Below, in pieces: positions 1 through 6,143 of a stretch of DNA of 14,631 bases. The position numbers and the translations under genes are program-made. Numbering within the stretch: the stretch's first letter is position 1; each line of letters opens with the position of its first letter. Under the pieces are notes generated by a model that saw only the letters and a program-made list of their open reading frames with translations, was not told the origin of the DNA and ran no database searches. Where the stretch lies: IMG/VR virus record IMGVR_UViG_3300018839_000001; one strand, 5' to 3'. The stretch comes from a virus (lineage: Duplodnaviria > Heunggongvirae > Uroviricota > Caudoviricetes).

Positions 1-154
1 TTTCCAACTCTGTCACCTTGGTACCAATCATGTTTACATATTCGATGATTTCATTTATCTTATTCATCATTTCTTGATTGTTTGGCAATCTGGCTATTTG
101 TGTTCCCTTTTCATCTTCATTTACTATAATTCTTTTTAATAGTTCTATCGACAT
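1..154 (-). CDS. Hypothetical protein, 5' part (runs off window start)
   Basis: SD GAGGTG, then ATG at 154. Reads MSIELLKRIIVNEDEKGTQIARLPNNQEMMNKINEIIEYV... open to position 1. Confidence 0.7.
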   Translation of the reverse strand, partial: MSIELLKRIIVNEDEKGTQIARLPNNQEMMNKINEIIEYVNMIGTKVTELE

Positions 155-186
155 ATTACCACCTCATAAGATTTTAATTCTATTTT

Positions 187-333
187 TTATTTCTTAATAT
201 ATTCTACAACTTCTTCAAACTTAAATTTATCTTTTATTTCAGGTTCTATCCAAATTCCCCAAGTGGTCTTATAAGAGTATAAAAGCCATGCTGACCGCAA
301 TTTTAGTATCTTTGCAACCTTATCGATATTCAT
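187..333 (-). CDS. Hypothetical 48-aa protein (not in ORF track)
   Basis: GAGG-N6-ATG at 333. MNIDKVAKILKLRSAWLLYSYKTTWGIWIEPEIKDKFKFEEVVEYIKK, TAA at 187-189. Fills the gap and overlaps the upstream gene end. Confidence 0.65.
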   Translation of the reverse strand: MNIDKVAKILKLRSAWLLYSYKTTWGIWIEPEIKDKFKFEEVVEYIKK

Positions 334-670
334 TTACAGCCTCTATTTTTATATAATTCTGGTTTTTGAGAATGGATTTCGAGATATTTGTGGCTAAAAT
401 AGCAGTGTGAGGATTGTCTATTCTATTCCTCGCACCTTCTAGACTTCTGAAATGATATATACATCCCCAATAAGGATAGTATCCACCGTCTTTAAAATAA
501 ATTTGATTACCTTTATACTCTTCAATAAACCTCTGTTGCTTTAATTCGTTTTCGACAGCTTCTTTACACTCTTCACAATATAGACCTTTTACACGCTCAT
601 GATCAACATCTATGACACTGACATTTTTACAATAGAACCCTAAATATTTATTACATCTTGTACAGTTCAT
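320..670 (-). CDS. Hypothetical protein with N-terminal CxxC...CxxC (putative Zn ribbon)
   Basis: SD GAGGTG-N5-ATG; CTRC and CEEC pairs; 116 aa. Confidence 0.8.
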   Translation of the reverse strand: MNCTRCNKYLGFYCKNVSVIDVDHERVKGLYCEECKEAVENELKQQRFIEEYKGNQIYFKDGGYYPYWGCIYHFRSLEGARNRIDNPHTAILATNISKSILKNQNYIKIEAVNEYR

Positions 671-679
671 TTAAACACC

Positions 680-855
680 TCACACATTATCTTTCTCAAT
701 ATAGATTCCGCTGTCATAGCCATAATCTTCTGACTGTGCTTTTAAAATTATTTCCATACCATTATTAAAAACCACTTGCATTCTTTTCTTATCGATAACT
801 TTTATATACTTTACATTTTTCATTTTTTGTTCTTAACTTCATCAATTCTTCGCAT
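680..855 (-). pseudogene. Small gene split at an A6 run (11-aa ORF 820-855 plus 47-aa ORF 680-823), or a translationally coupled pair
   Basis: MRRIDEVKNKK* overlaps (ATGA) with MKNVKYIKVIDKKRMQVVFNNGMEIILKAQSEDYGYDSGIYIEKDNV*. One extra A would fuse them. Confidence 0.45.
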
Positions 856-856
856 T

Positions 857-1138
857 TTAATTATTCTTTCCTAGTCCCATTTCTTCAAAATATTCATTAA
901 TATCATCAATTCCTGTTTCATCATCAATCCACGAAACCCATTCATTTCTTTCTTCATCAAATTCTTCTAGAAAAGTTGCATTTGTATAATCTGGTTTAAC
1001 ATTGTTTTCAAATTGAAATAGATCATAATTTGCCAATACATCAAACAGAAGCTTAGCCTCTTCTAGGCTTTTAACTTCAACATAAAATGCTTCCATAGGA
1101 AATTGTGGAACATGTGCGACTCTTAGTTTTTTACTCAT
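857..1138 (-). CDS. Phage P22 gp17-like (superinfection-exclusion-associated) protein
   Basis: KLRVAHVPQFPMEAFYVEV...LANYDLFQFENNVKPDYTNA...W.SW matches the gp17 family pattern as I recall it (LRVWHIPQVPM...YD.FQY.NNIKPDY.N). SD AAGGAGAGG. Confidence 0.75.
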   Translation of the reverse strand: MSKKLRVAHVPQFPMEAFYVEVKSLEEAKLLFDVLANYDLFQFENNVKPDYTNATFLEEFDEERNEWVSWIDDETGIDDINEYFEEMGLGKNN

Positions 1139-1180
1139 ATTAACCTCTCCTTATTCATTCTTTCTATATGCATTTTACTT

Positions 1181-2062
1181 TTATTCATCAAGATGTACAT
1201 CTGGAGGAATGTATCCCAACTCTTCTTCATACACTTTACATATCCACTTATAGGCGTTTTCCCATCCAGAAAAACATGCTATCTCTTTATCGCCTTCCCA
1301 TAAGTATACAGGCTTAAATCCTCTTTTTCCGCCGCCTCCACGTTTTCCTTTTATAACAACGCCTAAATCTCTAGCCATCGCTCCAACTGCATTTTTATAA
1401 TGTTTAAACACTTTCCTTTTCATATTGAATGGGGTTTCCGCATCAAATTTTTCAAATTTTTCTATCATTTCATCTAAATATTTAGAGGTGTCTCCGCCTT
1501 TAATAAAGCTAACTATTTCTCTTACACCTGCTCTATTCTGAACGTTGATCCTGTATGATTCGCTAATAATCCCTTCACTTTCTCTTTCTCTTCTTCTGAA
1601 TACATCACCTACAGAAACATTTAATTCTGTCTCAAGCATATGTTTAATATAATTTATATCATCTTTATTCCCACTAATAGAGATGCGCCAAGAAATACTG
1701 TTTCTACTGTGATAAGTAAACAGAGAACCTTTAGTTTCAATAATCCCTCTAATAAAATCTTTATTCCACTTAATTCTTTCATTTGCGCTATCTGACAGGA
1801 AACCTTGCGATAAAAGATACTCTCTGAATTTTTCATCAGTAATTTCAATTATTTCAAGAACTTCATAGTTTTCATTTTTATGACCTTTAGGAAATTGTCT
1901 TCTGTGATTGAAATATTTAATATTATTCTCATCTAAATAGGTCAAGACTTTATCAGATAATTCTTTGTGCGTGGTAGAAAACATAAACCATTCATATCTA
2001 TCTTTAATTTGAAAATGGCCATCCCCATAAAGCAATCCTAATATATAATTGTCTTTAAGCAT
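1181..2062 (-). CDS. Free-standing double-motif LAGLIDADG homing-endonuclease-like protein
   Basis: Motif 1 ILGLLYGDG, motif 2 IRGIIETKG, with DOD-like spacing. Start placed at ATG 2062 (GAGGTG-N6-ATG). 293 aa. Confidence 0.8.
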   Translation of the reverse strand: MLKDNYILGLLYGDGHFQIKDRYEWFMFSTTHKELSDKVLTYLDENNIKYFNHRRQFPKGHKNENYEVLEIIEITDEKFREYLLSQGFLSDSANERIKWNKDFIRGIIETKGSLFTYHSRNSISWRISISGNKDDINYIKHMLETELNVSVGDVFRRRERESEGIISESYRINVQNRAGVREIVSFIKGGDTSKYLDEMIEKFEKFDAETPFNMKRKVFKHYKNAVGAMARDLGVVIKGKRGGGGKRGFKPVYLWEGDKEIACFSGWENAYKWICKVYEEELGYIPPDVHLDE

Positions 2063-2218
2063 TCCTACCACCTCGTGTTTTTAGATTAAAGTTTTACCTA
2101 CGCAATATTATCATGCCAAAAACAAGAACCTATATTGTTAAACGAAACTTTTCCAATGTCAAAATTATTTTTCAAATACTTTTCTAAGATATTATCGTCT
2201 CTCTATATGTTTAGACTT

Positions 2219-2422
2219 TTATTCTCTCCATCCCATTTCACAAGCACCTGTATTGTAACTATCCCAACAATCTTTCCTAAGACCTTCTAGGAAATCTTCA
2301 AACTCTTCGACTGTGTGCTCTATCTTCTTACTTTTAAACGGTTTACCTTCCCACATGAAATTCTGAATCCTTCTAGCCATTATTGCATGGTCTCTAATCA
2401 TATCCCTAGCTACACTACCCAT
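2219..2422 (-). CDS. Hypothetical protein (67 aa)
   Basis: SD GGGGTG-N5-ATG; phage-like composition. Confidence 0.75.
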   Translation of the reverse strand: MGSVARDMIRDHAIMARRIQNFMWEGKPFKSKKIEHTVEEFEDFLEGLRKDCWDSYNTGACEMGWRE

Positions 2423-2468
2423 TCGATCACCCCGTATCTATTTTTCAATGTAACTTCTTTTTGAAATT

Positions 2469-2552
2469 TCAACGCCATTCGACAATTTCTTCAAATGCTT
2501 CTTTCAATTTTTCATCCGATAATTCTGCTACAATTTCTCCATGCTTCTCATA
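2469..2552 (-). pseudogene. Possible frameshifted gene remnant
   Basis: Strong SD AAGGAGG-N7-ATG (2551) gives only MRSMEKL*. The adjacent frame reads YEKHGEIVAELSDEKLKEAFEEIVEWR*. Confidence 0.3.
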
Positions 2553-2569
2553 GAAAAACCTCCTTTTAT

Positions 2570-3004
2570 TTATTTTCCATAATTTTCATAGGCAGGCTTA
2601 ATAGCTAGAAATGCGTAGAAATCGCCATCAATTCTGCCCCATTTTTCAGTATATACCCTCCATCCTTCTACACTCGTTAAATCACTATCTTCCTCTTCCA
2701 TATTTCCATCAAAATCTTCAATCTCAACTTCGATGTCGCCATCATAAAAAGATTTTAAAAATGTTTTAACTTGTGGATATACTTGTTCTGCTGTTAATGG
2801 TGTCACGAACATATTTATTTGTTCACGTTTTTCGGATGTATTTGTCCAATAAAGGATTAATCCTTTATTTTTGTCGATACGAAAAGCTTCGGCTTTGCTA
2901 TGGTCTGATATTGCAAATGCCAATTTCAAAGCATTTAACAAGTTGCACTCACCACCTTCATATTGTGTGAGTGTACCCATCACATTAAAGATTGTATTCT
3001 CCAT
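2570..3004 (-). CDS. Hypothetical phage-type protein (144 aa)
   Basis: SD AGGAGTG; C-terminal GWRVYTEKWG...AIKPAYENYGK looks like a conserved motif; function unknown. Confidence 0.85.
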   Translation of the reverse strand: MENTIFNVMGTLTQYEGGECNLLNALKLAFAISDHSKAEAFRIDKNKGLILYWTNTSEKREQINMFVTPLTAEQVYPQVKTFLKSFYDGDIEVEIEDFDGNMEEEDSDLTSVEGWRVYTEKWGRIDGDFYAFLAIKPAYENYGK

Positions 3005-3051
3005 TCAATCACTCCTGTATAAAATTAAGATTTTATGTAGCTCAACAATAG

Positions 3052-3312
3052 CTATTTTTCTTCAATCTTTAACAATCGTCTCCCATTCCTAATCTGTTCT
3101 ATTTCTAAATTTGTAAGTTGAGGAGGCTTCCCACTTCCACATTTCGCGCATCTCCTTCTTACCGCTTGATATTCGCCGATTATATCTTGTTTTGGATTAG
3201 CATAATGTCCACATTCAAATACCTCCATTGGTATTGAGTAAATGTCATCGGATGATAATTTAACCTGTATTATGCCTATAATTTTCCTTAATGGATTCTG
3301 ATTAACTCTCAT
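3052..3312 (-). CDS. Hypothetical protein, putative Zn-binding (CGH...CAKC)
   Basis: SD AGGAGGAG; C-x-H and CxxC ligands; 86 aa. Confidence 0.75.
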   Translation of the reverse strand: MRVNQNPLRKIIGIIQVKLSSDDIYSIPMEVFECGHYANPKQDIIGEYQAVRRRCAKCGSGKPPQLTNLEIEQIRNGRRLLKIEEK

Positions 3313-3328
3313 ACAACTCCTCCTCTTG

Positions 3329-3562
3329 TTATTTTATTGTGTTATGTGGATTCGGGGAATCATTATAGTATGATCGTACTTCTCCATCATTACAAAAACC
3401 ACATATTACTTCTCCTTTAATTTGCTTCCATCCTTGTGACTTGAGCATTTTAATTATACGATCCTTATTTCCTTTAAGAGCACCTGCCCCCATATCGTGA
3501 GATGCCCAATATCCACAACGATCACAACAGGTGTCATAATACTTTTTAAGTTTGAAATCCAT
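3329..3562 (-). CDS. Hypothetical protein, putative Zn-binding (CDRC...CGFC)
   Basis: SD GAGGTG; two CxxC pairs; starts 1 nt after the Thg1-like stop. Confidence 0.75.
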   Translation of the reverse strand: MDFKLKKYYDTCCDRCGYWASHDMGAGALKGNKDRIIKMLKSQGWKQIKGEVICGFCNDGEVRSYYNDSPNPHNTIK

Positions 3563-3563
3563 A

Positions 3564-4289
3564 TCACACCTCTAAATAAACGTATTGTTCAACATATTCT
3601 CTATCTTGAGAAAAGATAGGTGTTTCAAGGTCTACATCCCATACACTTCTATTGGCACCATTCTTTTCAAAATAAATCTTTTTAATACAAGCTCCGCGTT
3701 TTTGCCATGTAGGAATGTCATTCCAATTAATTCCCTTCTCTAAGAATAGCTTATCTTGCATCTGACCGCTATTCAAACCTTGAAGTTGATTATGTGGAAA
3801 GTTCGCTTGTGCAACCATTGAAATACTATTCTTTGTTGCATCCTGTTGTCTCCACAAAAAATAATTACACACTTCATCTTTAGGAAGCACCCACGCTCTA
3901 GCATCAAACAAGGCAGGTTGTTTTTCTGGATATTCCTCACGCATAATCTCATTAAATTTTGCTGTAGCTAATGAAGCTGAAACTGAAACTATTTTTTGAA
4001 GATTGTTATCGAACCATGATTCTGTTGCAAGCTTATCATAATTAGTAAGTAGTAAGCTGATTTCGTCTGACTGTGTGTAGGCTAATTTACAGCCCATAAT
4101 GTTCTGAGCAAGATATTTGCACGTTTCCCACATCGCATACGTCAAATACCGATCAAATGGTTTCTCCATTCCTCTTGTGTATGTATGAAACGATTTCCCA
4201 TCTATTCTAATGATAATTGGCATTCGTTTTGGTAACTTCATTCGATAAGTATTTTCATACCCTTTCATTCTGTCTCCGAACTTATCCAT
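3564..4289 (-). CDS. thg1: tRNA(His) guanylyltransferase Thg1-like protein (3'-5' polymerase, TLP)
   Basis: DRMKGYE, IIRIDGKSFH, YTQSDEISLL, FDARA, NYFLWRQQDATKNSI and WQKRG are Thg1 family motifs, with both metal-binding Asp (RIDG, SDE) intact. Start at 4289 by SD spacing (4295 is the alternative). Confidence 0.95.
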   Translation of the reverse strand: MDKFGDRMKGYENTYRMKLPKRMPIIIRIDGKSFHTYTRGMEKPFDRYLTYAMWETCKYLAQNIMGCKLAYTQSDEISLLLTNYDKLATESWFDNNLQKIVSVSASLATAKFNEIMREEYPEKQPALFDARAWVLPKDEVCNYFLWRQQDATKNSISMVAQANFPHNQLQGLNSGQMQDKLFLEKGINWNDIPTWQKRGACIKKIYFEKNGANRSVWDVDLETPIFSQDREYVEQYVYLEV

Positions 4290-4307
4290 TAACATCTCTC
4301 CAATCTT

Positions 4308-4400
4308 TTAGCTCTTCATATAATTAATTAATGTGTATAGTCCTAACAAAACCGTTTGTATTAACCAAATAACAAGTATAAACTGTATAATTTTTATCAC
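4308..4400 (-). CDS. Small single-pass membrane peptide (27-30 aa), start uncertain
   Basis: Frame reads VIKIIQFILVIWLIQTVLLGLYTLINYMKS*. SD GGAGTG lies 6 nt before an ATT codon (4391). Fills the 4411/4289 gap. Confidence 0.45.
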   Translation of the reverse strand: MIKIIQFILVIWLIQTVLLGLYTLINYMKS

Positions 4401-4410
4401 TCCAGTTCAT

Positions 4411-4611
4411 TCACAATGCATTTGATAAAAAGTAGGCAAGCTCTTTAATCTTTTCATTTTTCTTTCTTTCATTGTCGATAAGATTAGTTAAAGCGTATAA
4501 ATCTTTTTCAAGTTCAGAACCCTCTTTTGCATGTTCACGAATAATTCTCATAACTTCCTGATTTAATTTAACAAAGCTTACAGATTCAATTTTATTAATA
4601 TCTATGCTCAT
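4411..4611 (-). CDS. Hypothetical protein (66 aa, coiled-coil-like)
   Basis: SD AAGGAG; directly downstream of the promoter at 4644-4672. Confidence 0.75.
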   Translation of the reverse strand: MSIDINKIESVSFVKLNQEVMRIIREHAKEGSELEKDLYALTNLIDNERKKNEKIKELAYFLSNAL

Positions 4612-4643
4612 TTTTTCATTCTCCTTTTCATTGCTATGTATTT

Positions 4644-4672
4644 ATTATAGCATTATTAATTAGTTTTGTAAA
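4644..4672 (-). promoter_or_regulatory. sigmaA-type promoter P1
   Basis: TTTACA-N17-TATAAT with extended TG. Confidence 0.8.
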
Positions 4673-4687
4673 AGGAATTTCAAGTTT

Positions 4688-4885
4688 TTATTTATTAAAA
4701 TTCCTTGTATCTCGACTTTTAACTTCTATCTTTCTTCCTTTTGAGCATTTCATTCTAATATGAAGTATTTCTAATTTGGCAAGAGGTTGGCTTTCCAACC
4801 AAGGTATATCTTCTTTGCTGAAATAAGCTCTAAACTTTAAAAGTTCAAAAATAAGATATCTTCTTCTATCTTTGATTTCGCTCAA
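4688..4885 (-). CDS. Fur-regulated basic protein FbpA-like small protein
   Basis: RRRYLIFELLKF...LESQPLAKLEILH fits the FbpA pattern as I recall it (R..LI.EL.......LYEL.L.ELE...). SD GGAGTG-N6-TTG at 4885; basic C-terminus; 65 aa. Confidence 0.6.
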   Translation of the reverse strand: MSEIKDRRRYLIFELLKFRAYFSKEDIPWLESQPLAKLEILHIRMKCSKGRKIEVKSRDTRNFNK

Positions 4886-4960
4886 ATTATTCACTCCAGC
4901 TCTATGCAACCATTATTCTATTACTCTTATCGGTTACAGCTTTCATTTCTTTATATTTAA

Positions 4961-4989
4961 ATTATAACATTAACATAGTCCTTTGTCAA
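4961..4989 (-). promoter_or_regulatory. sigmaA-type promoter P2
   Basis: Perfect TTGACA-N17-TATAAT with TG. Motif AATCTG abuts the -35. Confidence 0.9.
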
Positions 4990-5006
4990 CAGATTCAAAA
5001 ATTAAT

Positions 5007-5029
5007 AGAGTCAGCTATAGGCCGACTCT
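5007..5029 (-). terminator. Intrinsic terminator (possibly bidirectional)
   Basis: Minus-strand AGAGTCGGC-CTATA-GCTGACTCT stem followed by ATTAATTTTT, just after the 5040 stop. A T-run also follows on the plus strand. Confidence 0.75.
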
Positions 5030-5039
5030 TTTTGATGAG

Positions 5040-5405
5040 TTACTTTTCCCAATTAATCTCTAATATTTCAAGCCCATTGTTAAGGTATTGATCTAAAGGA
5101 ATTTTACCTGTCATCTGATGCGCCTCAATCTCTTTGCTATCCCATCCTTGCATATCAAAACCTTCCCTTACTTCTTTATAAATTTCACTGGATGATAAAT
5201 TTTCATCATACTCTCTATCTCTACCAAGATACATAACTGTTTGCAAGACTTTTACATCTTCAAAACTAAGATTATCTACATATTTTTTTAAAGCATCATT
5301 TTCTTTTGTATACTCTTGATCACTTTCGACAAGCTTCCTTCTTTTCTCCGCGAGTTTTATGATATCTCGAAAAATTTCAATCCTGCTTTCCACATCTTTA
5401 ACCAT
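5040..5405 (-). CDS. DUF3775-like protein
   Basis: VLQTVMYLGRD...KIPLDQYLNNGLEIL resembles the DUF3775 LMWLGR...L.DYL..GL pattern. SD AGGAGTGG; start 5405; 121 aa. Confidence 0.65.
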   Translation of the reverse strand: MVKDVESRIEIFRDIIKLAEKRRKLVESDQEYTKENDALKKYVDNLSFEDVKVLQTVMYLGRDREYDENLSSSEIYKEVREGFDMQGWDSKEIEAHQMTGKIPLDQYLNNGLEILEINWEK

Positions 5406-5454
5406 TTTACCACTCCTAAACAATAACATAATTAAATACCATCACTACCTTTAG

Positions 5455-5463
5455 ATTATAACA
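5455..5463 (-). promoter_or_regulatory. Extended -10 promoter for the DUF3775-like gene
   Basis: TGTTATAAT about 50 nt upstream of the start; poor -35. Confidence 0.55.
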
Positions 5464-5523
5464 AATTTACCATAATGTTCACATATAAATGATGAATTTC
5501 TTTCCAAGACAATTAAATACTGG

Positions 5524-5552
5524 TTGATCCATAATATATTCATTGTTACAAT
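5524..5552 (+). promoter_or_regulatory. Plus-strand sigmaA-type promoter (sRNA promoter)
   Basis: TTGATC-N17-TACAAT with extended TG; predicted start site about 5557-5559. Confidence 0.65.
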
Positions 5553-5556
5553 AGTC

Positions 5557-5625
5557 ATAGAGGGATTATCCCTCTGTTCAAAATCAATCGTCTTCGTCAT
5601 TATTTGATTTTGGACTTTCTTTTTT
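5557..5625 (+). ncRNA. Candidate ~68-nt small RNA (two hairpins plus U-tail)
   Basis: Stem 1 AGAGGGA/TCCCTCT (5559-5575). Stem 2 GTTCAAAATCAA/TTGATTTTGGAC (5576-5615, one G-U, 16-nt loop). Then TTTCTTTTTT. Begins exactly where the upstream promoter predicts; no SD-ATG inside. Confidence 0.55.
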
Positions 5626-5634
5626 CAGCCCAAA

Positions 5635-5663
5635 GAGGGAGAAGTTATTCGGCCTTCTCCCTC
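5635..5663 (-). terminator. GC-rich hairpin after the XRE gene (probable terminator or processing stem)
   Basis: Perfect 10-bp stem GAGGGAGAAG/CTTCTCCCTC with a 9-nt loop; only a short U-run follows. Confidence 0.5.
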
Positions 5664-5675
5664 GAAAATATCCTC

Positions 5676-6038
5676 CTAAAAATTCTTTTTTGACATTTTT
5701 TTAATTTCCTTCTCTTTAAGAAAATCTATAAAATTAATAATTTGCTGTTTTGATTCATCTGATAAGTGTAAAGCTCTTCTTAGGGCACTCTCTAAATTTT
5801 CATCGTTAAACTCTTCATTTAGTATCCATTTTTCATTAGAACGACCTAATAAATAATCTACTGTAACGTTGAAGAAGTCAGCGATTTTAATTAATGTCCT
5901 ACAATCTGGCTCATTATCACCTGTCTCGTATCTGGCATATGTCGAACGATTTAAACCTAGATTTTTACAGAGTTCCTTCTGAGATAGCTTAGGTTTATGC
6001 TGATCTCTTAAGATTTTCAACCTTTCATTTAAAATCAT
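5676..6038 (-). CDS. XRE-family helix-turn-helix transcriptional regulator
   Basis: RLKILR...LSQKELCKNLGLNRSTYARYETGDNEPD..TLIKIADFFNVTVDYLLGRS is a canonical Xre/ImmR-type HTH. SD AAGGAG. Confidence 0.93.
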   Translation of the reverse strand: MILNERLKILRDQHKPKLSQKELCKNLGLNRSTYARYETGDNEPDCRTLIKIADFFNVTVDYLLGRSNEKWILNEEFNDENLESALRRALHLSDESKQQIINFIDFLKEKEIKKMSKKNF

Positions 6039-6121
6039 ATTAAAGCTCCTTGATATTTACTTTGCATAAATACTCTTCTATTATATTTGATAACGGGAAG
6101 TTTTTAAATAAATAATAAGAA

Positions 6122-6143
6122 AACGCAGGATTATTCCTGCGTT
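6122..6143 (-). terminator. Intrinsic terminator of the DUF262 gene
   Basis: AACGCAGGA-4nt-TCCTGCGTT followed by a T-rich tract on the minus strand; overlaps the stop codon. Confidence 0.8.

Noticed and set aside
2090-2170. Promoter for the LAGLIDADG gene (TTGACA at about 2157-2162)
   Set aside because: The -10 at 17 nt (AACAAT) lacks the first T and alternative pairings are weak; not confidently callable.
1138-2219. Group I intron or intein hosting the LAGLIDADG ORF
   Set aside because: Flanking genes are complete, there are no P7-like conserved intron elements or intein splice residues, and the ORF has its own SD.
5524-5552. Fur box in the sRNA promoter
   Set aside because: Only the ATAAT half resembles TGATAAT-N-ATTATCA and the spacing does not fit, so iron regulation is not supported.
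5451-5600. 49-aa minus-strand ORF MTKTIDFEQRDNPSMTIVTMNILWINQYLIVL... as a type I toxin
   Set aside because: No SD before ATG 5600. It runs across two promoters, has no clean TM helix, and the region is better explained by the sRNA. It cannot be fully excluded, because GAGGGA precedes the internal ATG at 5558 within a hairpin.
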